From assembly GCA_030704615.1 (NCBI GenBank), contig CM060733.1, positions 67,084,001-67,148,000 of the forward strand: DNA of 64,000 bases, written 5' to 3'. Every line of letters begins with the position of its first letter. The first letter of the stretch is position 1. The notes under the pieces are model-generated. The model was not told the origin of the DNA. It was given only the letters and a program-made list of their open reading frames with translations, and made no database searches. This stretch comes from Takakia lepidozioides. Its lineage: Eukaryota > Plantae > Bryophyta. Shown one piece after another: positions 1 to 12,104 of the stretch. The position numbers and the translations under genes were made by a program.

Positions 1-411
1 TACTCTTCTACCCCTTCCATTGGGCGGTGCCCCATTTCTACGCCTTCATGGTGGGGTTACTGTGAAAGAGGTTATTTTCTCCTCGCTATCAAGGGGCCTG
101 ATTTGTGAGATGTCGCTCCCAGGTGTTTCCCTTTAAATTTAAAAAAAATAAAATGATGAGCAACGGATAAACAACCGGATTTCGATCCTGATGAAACAAA
201 TGCTTAACGAAGGGGAAAATACGGGTTCACCTCTACCTCATTTCTAGGGCATAGATAGAGGTAGCTACATCAAACAATGAAAATTGGAAACCCACCTTAT
301 TTTGTGAAAATTGAACGGTAGAATTCGTCGCTAGTAGTGCGGAGCAACGCGAAGCCCTAGTTGCCTGTATTATAGTACAAAACATAAAAATTCCAAAGGG
401 GTGGTAAGAAA

Positions 412-490
412 GCAGCGGGTAGTTTGGTGGTTGGATGCATTTATTATTACCACGGGGGTGTTGAGTTCAAACCTCGTGCATGGTGCGATG
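412..490 (+). mobile_element. Degenerate tRNA-like SINE head (A/B boxes)
   Basis: TAGTTTGGTGG (A-box-like) and GAGTTCAAACC (B-box-like) at tRNA-like spacing; no cloverleaf or TSD found. Confidence 0.3.
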
Positions 491-566
491 GAAATTGTAT
501 GTTTAAGGATTTGACTGAGGTACCATTAGGTTTTGGCATCTCCAAAAAATTTCGAAGTCCCTCAAG

Positions 567-790
567 CGGATCTCCGCTCCCCTGTTCCCAATTGCTGCTC
601 CCCTGTTCCCACATACATACCGCTCCCCTGTTCTCCTTTGCTCCCCTGTTACCGCTCCCCTGTTACTACTCCGGGCTCCCTTGTGCTATTGCTCCCCTGT
701 TTTATTGCTTCGCCGCTCCAATATCAGGGGAGCGGAGAATAGGGGAGCTGAGGAGCGGGGAGCAATAACAGGGGAGGGGGGGGGGCGCCT
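567..790. repeat. GCTCCCCTGTT sub-repeat cluster with inverted copies (MITE-like / TE end)
   Basis: About 7 direct GCTCCCC(TGTT) copies at 576-700, then inverted AGGGGAGC/AACAGGGGAG copies at 725-780. Confidence 0.55.
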
Positions 791-2617
791 CAATCACCTT
801 CCAGTGTAACTTTGAAAATAAGTTACCCCAAGTTTTTGACTTCATGTGTCTTAGTCATAGATATAACTTGCCCCTAATCATAAATTGCGCTAAATCGTGA
901 ACACCTATGCCTGAAAAGCAGAGATGAATTAAATTCCATGAATTATCTTCCTAATTTTGAAGTTGCTGAGGCTTTTTAGTTGAGAACTTGTAGCTAACCT
1001 ATGGTAAATCTGGCTTTAAGCAATGTATTGGGATTCCAATGGGTATGAAAGGGGAAAGCCCGCTCATGAAATATGAAAAACACACAAAGATCAGATAAGA
1101 AAAACAGAAAACATATAGACTCAAACTTACACAACTCTAGGATGCAATGTCATTGAAGGCAATGAAGCCCTTAGCAAGAAATTACGTAGGAGGATAGCAA
1201 AGAGCACATATAGCCTGAAAGTGCGGACCACCTAGTAGGTGTTTCTTCTCAATCAACCACACTCCCAAGATCACAAACCATGAGAATCCCCCCACCAGAT
1301 ATCTTGCAAGAGCGAGTAGATTGCGAATAAACCAGCACTGGACAAGGTCATCCCAAGTAAACTGACATGTACAAATTCACTGGTGAAAGTACCTTCAACT
1401 GCATATAGGTCCCTCAACTCACAGGAAAGGCAATATTGCAGCACAAATAATCCCACACGAATGGCCCAAGCGGTCTGCGGTCTTCATAGCAACTCAATGG
1501 TGCACTTTTCAATGTTTCAATGTATCAAAAGTGATGAAAACTGTACAAGCAATGGCTGCACAGATGGCATGTTACTCATTGAAAACATAACATATGTTGG
1601 TGAATTGCTGAGAGTTGCCTCAATGCATAAATACATCTATAGGCTGTAGGAACACTGGAACTCTGCATCTTCTCCACTTTCTTCATTGGCATCAGTGAAG
1701 CAGCCTTGGAATTTTTACCGAAGATTGCCTTCAAAATTGAGAACACAACATAGTGGAATAACCCATGCTACACAGGATGGTATGAGGAAGGAGGGAGCAA
1801 GGGAGGATCCATCGCATGTCATTCCGACCATCAACTTTCCAAATTAGGAACACTGCAGATCCAAGTGCAGATTATATAGAAAATGGCTACCAATTCCATG
1901 GGATAAGGAAGAATATGCATAAACCATTTCTCAGATGCAGTTCTGTACTGCACTCCACACTGCCAGGACTCTGCACAATCGTCAAACTGCAGCCACATTC
2001 TGAATAGCACCCATTCACACTGGTGAAATAATTATACGAAATAATAAAAACGTAAGCATGTAATTGAGTGGGCTCCAGACCTGAATGCCAGATTGCTCTT
2101 TTTTGCCACAATCACACCATCTCCATCCCATTTCATATCTGAAGTTAGAGTTAAGACATCCCCCTCATAGCAGCTCAAACCAGCCAACTGACTGGACAAG
2201 AGTAAAAACAGCTCTCACCATCTACTAACTTGGGGTAAGAACCAGGGTGGTACTGGTCTCCACAGAGTGCCATGCCCCTTGCCTCCAACCCTTCAACAGT
2301 AACCTCTGTCATTGCGCAAATCAGTGCCTAGATTTTCAGCCCATAGACACCACTATCATACATTTTCGCCAGCCAGTCAAAACCAAATGTTCATTCATCA
2401 AAACTCCTGGGGGCAGCACCCATTATGGTCCAGAAAAATACCTACAATCTTACTCTTGAATTTACCGGTTTGCAAAGGAGCGTTTGAATGAGCACAGCAA
2501 ATGGACACGAGTATGATGGCGACTGGATAGAAGAACCCTTAAAAGAGAATTACATTCTACTCTTCCCTCGGACATTATATATTACCGTCTGCTTAGAAAA
2601 TGCACTGAATCAGCTAA

Positions 2618-4210
2618 TTAGTCTCGCTTGTCCTCCTCGGGTTCATCCTCCAGACTGAACACATCAGTGCTGAAGGGTTTTCTCTCTTTTGCATCAGGCT
2701 TGGCACTACTTGTCTCAGGGTCAACTGTTGTGCTTGCCTTCCCTGAAACTCCCGATGTTAAAGCTATAGCCTCATCCTCATCAAAATCCTCCCCAACCTC
2801 TTCTGAATAGGCATACCGTGTTGAGTTCTGGGATGGTGCCCATAGGACGCAGATAATAACCAGCAGCACAAATGAGAGCATATACCAGAAGGCTTGAATT
2901 ATCCACCAGCTTTGCCAGCGCTCATTGTATGGATCCGTTGCTGTAAAATACAACTCGTAGCCAATCCATGGTACAGATACGATAACGGCTACTGCAAGTG
3001 AATTCGTAAACTTCCTGTAGAGTTCCAGTTTTGCAAACCTTCTTCTTGCCTGCAACTTCTCTAGCGTTTTTGACAAGGAAGTGAAGATCCAGAGGATGAA
3101 AAAGGCATCCAACATCGCGACTGGCAGAATGAAGAACACTCTTCCTTTACCTGGAGGGTCATTGATGGCCCCCACATGTTCCACCACATCCAATGACTCC
3201 GCTGCCAAGAAATATGTAGCCCCAAGTAAGACCACCTTTGAAGTGAGACCACCAAGAGTGGGCCGTACCACACCATACCCCATTGAGACCACCAAAATCA
3301 GGAGGCGTGAAACTGTTTTCTTCACTGCCCCAAGGGTTACAGCCCACATTGTTATACCCATTGGTCGTCTTCCTTTAGCATTGAAATTGGTGTACTCAAA
3401 ATACCACAATGCCATCTCTGACATTCCCAGGGCAATGACAGCGGTGATCCAGTTCTGGAGCTGCAGGATATCTTTCCAGAATCGCACATACTGGAGAAAC
3501 CAGAGTAACCCAAGCAACATGTAAGCCAGTGACATGAACGCATAAAACGTCATGTACGGTGCCATCCTGCCAGGCAGGTATCCCATAGGGTTCTTCCAAG
3601 TGGTGATCCCATCAATAACCAGCCCATCCAGTCGTGGGTCGCACGCCACAAACATGAGAGTATACATACCTGTCTTGTTAATGGGGACAGTTTCCAGTGC
3701 AATTGAGGTCAATGTGCTACTCCCTTCAAATTTGGCTGGTATAGAAACGGGACCATCAGGGTCTGAGGAATTGAACCTTTTTATGACTTCTCCTTCAGTG
3801 CAACCTGTCTGAATAGCCAAATCTCGGGTGCAGCAGAGAGTAAAGACACCATAGTTGACACCATGGTCTCCAATTTTCTTCTGGTCGTTAACCTCCATGA
3901 CGATGGCTTCAACAATCCCGCCCATATCCACCTCAGAATCACTGGCGGCTGATTTTACAGTTCTTGTAAACGTAATCTGCTTTTCACTAGAGAACTTGAT
4001 GTAAGATCTACCATCAGCTATACCGGAGCCTTTCAAGTGGGCCGATGAGGCATATAAACCCTCATTCCCTCCCCAGTATATAAATGCATTACCCAGGCTG
4101 TCAAAGGGAGCGTTTTTGTAGGTATGCACAGACGCTTTCGCTTTGGGGAGGCCGATAATCCCCCATAGACATACTAAACCCAGGACAGCTGCGATTATCC
4201 GACGTGCCAT
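2618..4210 (-). CDS. TMEM87/lung seven-transmembrane receptor family protein (GOST/GPR107-like), about 530 aa, intronless CDS
   Basis: Signal peptide (MARRIIAAVLGLVCLWG), lumenal domain with CC..GC and WKNPMGYLPG, seven hydrophobic helices with family motifs (LQLQNWITAVI, VSMGYGVVRPTLG, KLELYRKF, LWAPSQNSTRYAYS), acidic tail. ATG at 4210 preferred over 4303 because a NAGNAG acceptor (TTGCAGCAG) lies just upstream. Confidence 0.93.
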   Translation of the reverse strand: MARRIIAAVLGLVCLWGIIGLPKAKASVHTYKNAPFDSLGNAFIYWGGNEGLYASSAHLKGSGIADGRSYIKFSSEKQITFTRTVKSAASDSEVDMGGIVEAIVMEVNDQKKIGDHGVNYGVFTLCCTRDLAIQTGCTEGEVIKRFNSSDPDGPVSIPAKFEGSSTLTSIALETVPINKTGMYTLMFVACDPRLDGLVIDGITTWKNPMGYLPGRMAPYMTFYAFMSLAYMLLGLLWFLQYVRFWKDILQLQNWITAVIALGMSEMALWYFEYTNFNAKGRRPMGITMWAVTLGAVKKTVSRLLILVVSMGYGVVRPTLGGLTSKVVLLGATYFLAAESLDVVEHVGAINDPPGKGRVFFILPVAMLDAFFILWIFTSLSKTLEKLQARRRFAKLELYRKFTNSLAVAVIVSVPWIGYELYFTATDPYNERWQSWWIIQAFWYMLSFVLLVIICVLWAPSQNSTRYAYSEEVGEDFDEDEAIALTSGVSGKASTTVDPETSSAKPDAKERKPFSTDVFSLEDEPEEDKRD

Positions 4211-4222
4211 AGCCTCTTTCTG

Positions 4223-4778
4223 CTGCAAGAGGTAATTAACACCCAAATCCTTAGCAGACACACTTAAGCTACAAAACAAGATACATACTTCGCTACATGC
4301 CATTCAACGATGGAGTTCGTGGAAAAATCCATCTGCCTACACGATTGGAAAGATCCATTTGCTTGCCCTCATATCAGAAACGTTTTGCTATTTCCTGCTA
4401 GGATTTTATTCCAAGGTGATAGCACTTAGATGCTTCCGCTACTCAGAAATACTTCACGATTCCGCTTACCTTTGCCTCCAATAAGAAAATCCTTCAAAGG
4501 AAACACGCTTCAGATCCTTCTCGACACCAGGTTGGGAGCCAAAGACATGAAAGCAACGAGACCAAGCAAACGCATCTTAGATTTGAAACCTATTTCCCAT
4601 GCACAAACGCCAAAAACAGGACCAAACACGCAAAACAAACCTGAGGTAAACCCTAGGATATCGGCCGTGAAGCGCTCTCAAGCTTCTAACTCTCCTTCGA
4701 ACCGGCCGGACAGACGGAGCAAATTTCCATAGCGTCTACTTGGCAAATCCAAGCATTTCGCACGGTCCCAAAATCTAC
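4223..4778 (-). other. Probable 5'-UTR intron of the TMEM87-like gene
   Basis: Donor CAG|GTAGAT at about 4778 and acceptor TCTTGCAG at about 4223, 12 nt before the ATG. Confidence 0.5.
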
Positions 4779-5090
4779 CTGTCTGGCTGCGCCATCGCTT
4801 GTCTCACACACTTGACCAACGCAACCTAGCCACGCGCATACCTTTGCTACCCCGGTTCTGTCTCCTTCCTTTGGTTTTCTACAGTATTTCCTTAGCTTCT
4901 CATTGTTTGATAATTGGGACTTGAAAGAGGGCACGTGTGGTTGTGGCGGGGCCCGCGGGTGACACAAGGGGTCCCGCAACCCCTACCCGGCAGGGCCAGT
5001 CTGCTCGGGTGAGCCGTCCCCGGGCGCACGCAAGGGAAGCAAGAGGGGGAGCGAGTATGTTGGGCCACAAAACACCTGAAATTCTAGCGA

Positions 5091-6420
5091 TGACCGAAGG
5101 TCGAGAGCTAGTTTAGCGTAGAGCAGGAATAGGGTGCCATAGTGCCACATCATTTCGTAGCCATCTGTTGTCGCCACGTTTCGTACGTCGTCAATTTCTT
5201 TTTATATGCCCGGATTGCCCGAAAAATCCGAAAATAACTTCTTGAACGGTACTTCGTTGAGACTGACCCTTTTCCTCCCTGCTTCTGTTTGATGTTCAAA
5301 AGAGAGAGAGAGAGAGAGAGCGCAATGGCTACATAGGTTGATAAGGCCTGACATTTAGAACAGGTTTAGATAGGTTTGCAAGCGGGGTTGCTTCAGGATT
5401 ATTGCTGGCTGGTGCTGGAGTCCAATGTGGGCTATTGGCTCCTGTTAGTACCATGATTTGGTATTCTTCATGATGTTTACAAGGTTCTTGCGAGAGTCAG
5501 CTTGGTCTTGCCAGGCCGTGTTTCAATCTCTACCTGCTTAGCTGCACCGTGATGGTTCTCACAGACCGATCCGACATTACCTGACTACGGACACAAGCAG
5601 CACACACAAGAGGTCCTTTTGGGTTGATGGTCTCCATGGGTCATGACACAACGTCAAGGACAATGTGGTGAGGGCACCTTCTTCTTCGACCTATTTCAGC
5701 CTGTTTTGCGCTCTCATCAGACTCGGCCCGGAATTTGCATATTGAATATGGTGTCTGCATCCAAGTTGTAGTCTTTCATTTGCCATATGTTGTAGTGGAT
5801 CTGTGGTGGTTTGGAATGAATCTGACAAGTTAGTGCCGATGTGGCAGTATGAGAGTATCCAAAAACAGATAAGAGAGACGAGGAGAAGCTTTGGAATGAA
5901 CACTTCTCCGACGCCAGTCAATTGTGGGACAATGGAGACAAAAAGGTGAATGTCGGTTAGAAGCAGATGCAAGTCAGCATAGGAACTAGTCTGATAAGTA
6001 TGGTTGGGGTGTTTGCTGGAAGAATTCTAGGCTGTCATTGTATGTTGCTAGCAGCAAGACAATGATGTATGCATGATTTGTGCAGAGGCATGGATAGCTG
6101 AAGGAGCAGGGATGGAGTGTGGGTTCCCTCTTATCAGAACCGACCCTAAATTTTCATGTTGAATTCTGCAAGTTAGCTGGTTGAGTGAACCTTTGATAGT
6201 TGGAGTGACTTTGACATGATACTGCCAAAGTATCCAGAAACAGGTAAGAGAGACGAGGAGAAACTGTGGAAAGAATACTTTTCTGACCACAGTCAATGGT
6301 GGGACAATCGAGGCAAAAAGGTAGACGTATGTTGGATTACAAAGAGTAGCAGACGCAATGAGCATAGGAACACTGAGTTGGGTGTTTCCTAGAACAATCT
6401 AGGCTGTCATTGTCACTGTC
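5091..6420 (+). pseudogene. OSB-type PDF-motif gene fragment, copy A (5' part of a PDF-PPR gene family)
   Basis: After acceptor TTCTCACAG (5564): TDPTLPDYGHKQHTQEV..; later EEKLWNEHFSDASQLWDNGDKK|GT (about 5877-5946) and DEEKLWKEYFSDHSQWWDNRGKK|GT (about 6250-6321). These match the OSB PDF motif W..FF....WWDNR..K / NP..PDFKHK. Contains stops; homologous copies at 24.5, 31.4 and 43.4 kb. Confidence 0.7.
5301..5320. repeat. (GA)n microsatellite
   Basis: About 10 GA units. Confidence 0.9.
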
Positions 6421-7081
6421 ACATAGAGAATGAACTAAGATGTATCTCCGCTTAACCTCGGTAAACTTGTGGAAGTCCCTTGATGAGATCCCAGGTGCTC
6501 AATTGAGTTCACTTTGCGGCTTATCCTCAGATACATAGCAAAACAAGACTAGGGACATGACATACGCAACCAACCGAATCGTCTTTGTAAACTTGATTCA
6601 AGAAACCAGTAGACGAAACCGCTACCTGCAATCAATTTGCTCCACGAGCTGCTGGCTGGAACACCAAAGATAGATGCCGGTGGTGTCCGAGTTGAGCCTG
6701 GGGTGGAAATCTTCATCAAATCCAGTATAATGGAGCTTAGAAGAAGCACTACAAGCAGGTAGTGTAACGCAGAGTAGCTTGGGGCCTGTACGCCTTGGTC
6801 TCACTGCGAAGTGGCATGAAGAGTGCGCAGTTTGGTCATGGCGGTGATCATTGCTAAACTAGAAGTAACCAAAAACAGCCAGGGCGCCAAAAAAGGTCAC
6901 AAAATACAAGGGAAAGTCTTACATAAATAGCGAAACCCTAGAGGAGATGGTCATAACTAAAAGTAGCGAAGAACAGTCTGGAGCGGCGGAGCTTCGCCTC
7001 CCCTCCCAGTTCCTTCACATGTAGGAGGCCATATGTCTCAGCAGAGTTTGCCTCCCCTCTACACCTTCGTCTGTTCGTAGC

Positions 7082-7470
7082 TTTCAAATCTCTGACAAAG
7101 GATGTTTTATTGACCCCGCTTGTGAGCCGCATGTCGATGACATGCTCTTCAACTATATGGATTCTAGCCATACAATGAAGGGAACTGATGGCAATCCATG
7201 GAGAGGAGCCCGGGAGAGAACCCCCGCTTTGATGCAAATTCTGATAGAGTCTTGCAACTCGCATGGAGCTCGGGTGGTCGACCTTTCCCTCTCTACAAGT
7301 CCCTTCTCATCATGACCCCATGGCTACTCACATGTATGATAATTGAGTCCAAGTAGAAACATCCTCACTACATTTTCATTGTGTCAGGTGCCACATACCA
7401 TGCTTGCAAGGCAGGAGGAAGGAGCCTTTTTGGCATGGAGAGAGATGCCGACCTGAACTCAATAGTGTGA
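7082..7470 (+). pseudogene. C-terminal fragment of beta-class DNA N4/N6 methyltransferase (N6_N4_Mtase-like), spliced
   Basis: DDMLFNYMDSSHTMKGTDGNPWRGARERTPALMQILIESCNSHGARVVDLSLST|intron 7299-7387|ATYHACKAGGRSLFGMERD corresponds to motifs X-I-II (KP..L...LI.......V.DPF.GSG.T..A....GR...G.E). Confidence 0.7.
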
Positions 7471-8811
7471 TTGTCCCACTTCAGTCTGGCTCATCTTCGG
7501 GACACAAATAGAGGTCATCCAGTTTCTGCTTGAAGGGGATCCCGAGGACAAGGAGGTGGAAAATGACTTTTTATATAAGTAAACTTCTTCCTTGAACCAA
7601 ACTTTTCAGTCTGCATGGCTCTTTCTTCAACCACGAAGATTGGATGGTTTTTCATTCCTTGTCTTTCCTTCCAGGAAAGGCAGGTGTTCTGATACATCAC
7701 ACGGGCAAGTATTCTGGATGGAATTGACTCTCCACAACCCCACCCAACCTTTCCGCTTGCCCGTGTACGCTGAGACAATGACAGTTCGTATGTCTGGAGC
7801 TCCATCGCCCACTCCACGCAGTCCAGCCGCAGAGATTAACGACCCAATGGCTTTGAGGTTCTTGGACCTCTACGCATCCGAAGCTGGTTCTGGTTCTCCT
7901 GAAGAATAGACAGATTTTGCTTCCTTAGCCTCTCTTTGAGCATAAGAGAAACTTTTAACTCTTTCGAGCTCCATAAATTAATTTTGATTGTTGCACATTT
8001 TGCCACTGTCAAGTGCTTGCAGTGTATTGCCAACATGTTCTTGAACATTGTTCGTGTTTTTGTCCAAGGCAAGTACATGCAGTCATGTGTGTTGACGCTC
8101 CGAGTGAGACGAAACTCTTGCACTCATGTACCCTTCAAATGTTGGGATCGAGGTTTATCGCATTTTCCCATGTTCCATTCAAACTGTCCCTCGGAATATA
8201 CACAGCGGTTAAGGAAAAAACTGATGGAACCAAAGGAGTTAGACGACTTCCCAAGCAAATTGATCCACAGTTCATATTACATAATTTGCAATAACATTTA
8301 ACTTAGTGACTTCCTTCCACATGCAGTCAGGGAATACTACAAGCCTGGCCCTCATTCTTGCATTTGTGGAATGTATGCGTTTGAGCTCCCCCGCGGTGCA
8401 TCAGCACAATCAGTGCAGCTGGGGTTCTTGTAAGTGCAGCAGCATAAGCAGCGAGGGTGGGGTACTTGCATTTGCAGAATACACCTGCTTGGACAATCGT
8501 TTGAAATGGAATTTGCAATTGAAAGGATGGATCATGTTCTTTTGTTGCTGCAAATTGCTAATGGAGTAATGGAGTATTCATGAAAGTCGAGAAGGCGACC
8601 CTGCACATGTAGCACAAGGTTCAACCTTAAGACACATACGGCTACACTAGCCTGAGGAACGTGAAGGAATTCAATTGCAAGTGTGGTTACGGAAAGTTGA
8701 ATAAGAACTTCTCTGCAGTAACTGGGAACTGTATCATTGACAAATAACATGGCATGTGACCTGAGCATCTGCATACAACATACTATCCGTGAAAGCAGGG
8801 CATTCACTGTG

Positions 8812-8917
8812 CTTCATCCATATTCATCCACATTCATGGGCATTCATCCACATTCATTCATGTAGAGTCAGTCTCATCCACATTCATTCATATTCATTCA
8901 TCCACATTCGCACCCTG
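8812..8917. repeat. TTCATCCA(C)ATT subterminal repeats ending in CACCCTG (possible TE terminus)
   Basis: Repeated CATTCATCCAC motifs; the reverse complement begins CAGGGTGCG. The same GGATGAAT motif occurs at 11.5 and 13.4 kb. Confidence 0.4.
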
Positions 8918-9823
8918 AACTCCGCACTCCTTGAGCTGAAAAAAAAAGTACTACTACCCTTTGTGCCAAATCACCATCCCGCGGTAATAGGCACCATGTG
9001 CGAGTTCTGCCCGCGGTTATAGGTCTGTTCGTGTCAGTTTGACCAGTGCCACGTGAACATAGTTGCTAACGTGGCCAGTGTGAGCCTAGCTGTGCTCACA
9101 CGCTCACACGGCCAGGCTCACGTCCTAGCATTCCTAGCCGACACCTAGGGCAAAGACCACCTCCTCAACACCAAGAGGTCTAACTTGTGAATTTTCTGGC
9201 ATGACCATCTCCCCGCTGCGTGGGAGTCCGCTTGCACTAGACGTCGAAGACGGTGATGTGAATTGGAAGCACCTCAAGTCTCGCCCAAGCAAAAGCAAAG
9301 TTCACTTAGATTTTGGAGTGTAGTCCTCAATAGGCTTCTGGGTTACCACTCTTTTTTTCTTAAGCTGTGTTTTTTCCTATCTAAACACCTTGTGATGGGA
9401 TATGCTTAGACCTTGCCCTTTCAGTTGTTTTTACTGGGAACTTGCCGCCCTCACGGCCTTCTTGTGACCTTTGGTTACAGGGTTATATCCCCTTTGTTTG
9501 CCTTCATGGCCTTCTCAGGGGTTTTTTTTTAGTCCTATTTGCCTTTAATTTGATAAGTTGGGCCTCTGTCCCCATAAGAAGAAGAAAAGAGAAAAAAAGA
9601 ACTGGCTAGTGGAAAGTTGTTTGCTGTGAGCTTTCTCGGGGGAGGTGAGTACACAAACCAAAACTGTACCAAGAAGCATGTAAGACATGTCAATCTGCCT
9701 TCTCAGAGGTAATGCTTATGATGCACCAATGGATTCGCAGAAAGATAACGGTCTCTACAAACACAACAACTTCTTCCAAGGTGAGGTGGCACGAAAGGAT
9801 AATGACCCGATGTGTACAGTCTG

Positions 9824-10535
9824 CCCTAGATAAATGTTACCTCTATAAACGTTAACTACCATAAATGTTAAGAAAATTTTACTCCCCTACTTGTGCACAC
9901 TAGCAAGTGTTAAGTGTTATCTGTTAACAATTGTTTACTCCCCTCTTTGTTAATTTGCCCTCAATAAATGTTAAGTGCACCATAAAGGCTTTAGCGAACA
10001 GGAGATATGCTCCATAATTATAAATTCCAAACTAGATTAGATTATGATAAGATTACATCCTAAAACATAACCAATCAGAAGACTAGAAAGTAAGCGGGGG
10101 GTAATACTAAAGTGATCATATCATAAGCGAATAAGTTACCTTGATACAATGAGTGTATGTTTGTATGTTCTACATTTCGACACTTGACATGGAGGTTGTG
10201 TTTGAGAGACCAGACCACATATGTGGTAATTGCACTTGTGTTAGATGGTAGCATTCAAAGATGCCAAAAAAATGGCCATAGCTACAATTTCTCAATGTTT
10301 TGAACAAAGGCCTTATGACGTTATGAAACTTATTTTAGCCATGAAACGCCTAGAGAAAGAACTCGATGATATGCATATTAGACATACTCATCAGACAACA
10401 ATCGGTTCATATTTCCTACCCATAACTGAATGACTCCATATATTACACTTTGTTTCATAAGTGTTAATTTCATAAATCTTATATTTGTTAAATGTTACCT
10501 TCTGTAAATGTTAGTGTGTTACAATTAACCTCTAA
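9824..10535. repeat. AT-rich TE relic with dispersed TAAATGTTA motifs
   Basis: TAAATGTTA/AAGTGTTA repeated at 9830-9975 and 10460-10520. Confidence 0.35.
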
Positions 10536-10576
10536 CGAGAAAAAAGATTGATCTCGGGCGATGGCGGTAGGGTCTC

Positions 10577-11354
10577 ACTACTACGTTTGGGGGGGGGGGG
10601 GGGGGGGGGGTAGCGATGCCCAGCGACTTCCACACGCCGCGTGTAGCGACGGAAATACATTACAGCGCCCGGGGCGCGCCGGGGCAAATTGCGACGTCGG
10701 GAAGTTTCCCCCACGTCGGTCCGACGTCGCTCCCGGAACGTCGCAGATTAGCGACCTAGGGAAATTGCTAATCCCCCGGGCCCCCCTGGCCACGACCAGC
10801 GACGGCGGAATGTCACCACCCCTCCGGGCAGTTGCAATTGCGACTCCCGGGAGTCGCCACTAAGGGCAAGGAGGGGGGGTCCACCCCTCCCCCTGCATCG
10901 CGGGGCAGTCGCAAGGACGTCGCCCATCCCCAGAAATAGCCACGCGCCGGCGTCGCCGGCACGTCGCACCCTGGGACATTGAAGCCCCCGCTCTGCGACG
11001 CATGGACATCGCAAATGGGGTCTATTTAGCCTAAGGGACTGGCGATGCCCGGGAATCGCAATGACGTCGCTGCCACTTGCGGGCATCAATAGTCAACCAT
11101 GGGTAGGGAGGTTCCCTGGCGATGCCCGAGAATCGCATGGATGTCGCAGCCCCCCGGGGACGTCGCTAGCTCCAGGGGAGGGCACATTCTTATGCGACTC
11201 CCGAGAGTCGCACCAACGTCGCAGCCCCTGGGCAGCGTCACTAGCTCTACGATGGGGTGGTTCTGTTGCGACGCCCAAGAATCACTAGAGCGTCACTTGT
11301 CGCCTCGAGATGTCGCAAAGGCGTCGTTGGGGGGAGTGGGTGGGGGGGATTTCT
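10577..11354. mobile_element. CACTA-like transposon end with GCGAC/GTCGC subterminal repeats
   Basis: Begins CACTAC; GC-rich tract with many direct and inverted GCGA(C/T)G/CGTCGC motifs; interrupted at 11355 by a TIR element. Confidence 0.55.
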
Positions 11355-12067
11355 AAAGCATGAGTAGAATCCGTGAGCAGAAAATTCCGTGAGCAGATTT
11401 ATGCTCACGCTTCAAGATCTGCTCACCTATAACCGCGGACACCTATTCGGCTTAGAGGATCTATTACTACAGGTAGTGTCCAGTATAACATGCATACCAA
11501 TTCATCGTTATGGATGACTGACGGATGAATGATGGATGAATGGCCAATGAATGTCTGTTGGACGAATGGCACTGGATGAATGTAGTTTGTGGATGAATGG
11601 AAAATTAAAAAGCATTTTCCAGTAGTGGTTGCCGAATCCCCCGAGCTCCAGAGTGAACTTGTGCCAACTGAGGAGGGTTGTGGTTGTCCTTTTACCAGGT
11701 ATCCTAAGTCGAGAGAGATGCTCACACCCAATTGCAAAGAAGGTGGAGAGGCCATTTGGTGCTTTAATAAAAATCGTTTGAAAATAGTCGATTCATTCCG
11801 ACGAAGAATATCCACTGCTACTGGAGTCAGTGTCCAAAACGAAGGCACAACTGTCTATGAAGACACTAGCCCTGCTCTGCAAAAAACCATCTCTGTCGTA
11901 AAGCAAGGCGGGGGAGATGAGATGAGACTAAATCGCCCGCTGCAGCCTTCGCATAACATGACAACTCCAAATCTGTTTGCAAGTTTCCAAAAAAAAAGCA
12001 CCAAAAATAAAATAAAATAAAATCCGATTTGTTTTGTTTTGTTTTGTTTTGTTTTGTTTGTTTGTTT

Positions 12068-12104
<37 letters not shown>

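Noticed and set aside
329-361. Helitron 3' end (GCAACGCG..CTAGT)
   Set aside because: The hairpin is weak and there is no matching 5' TC end or second copy in the window.
4211-4303. 31-aa N-terminal extension of the TMEM87-like protein
   Set aside because: It would displace the signal peptide and overlaps a likely intron 3' end.
11605-11627. TTTTCCAGTAGTG as the partner TIR of the CACTA end at 10577
   Set aside because: Only 7 bp match, there is no 3-bp TSD, and it lies inside a different TIR element.
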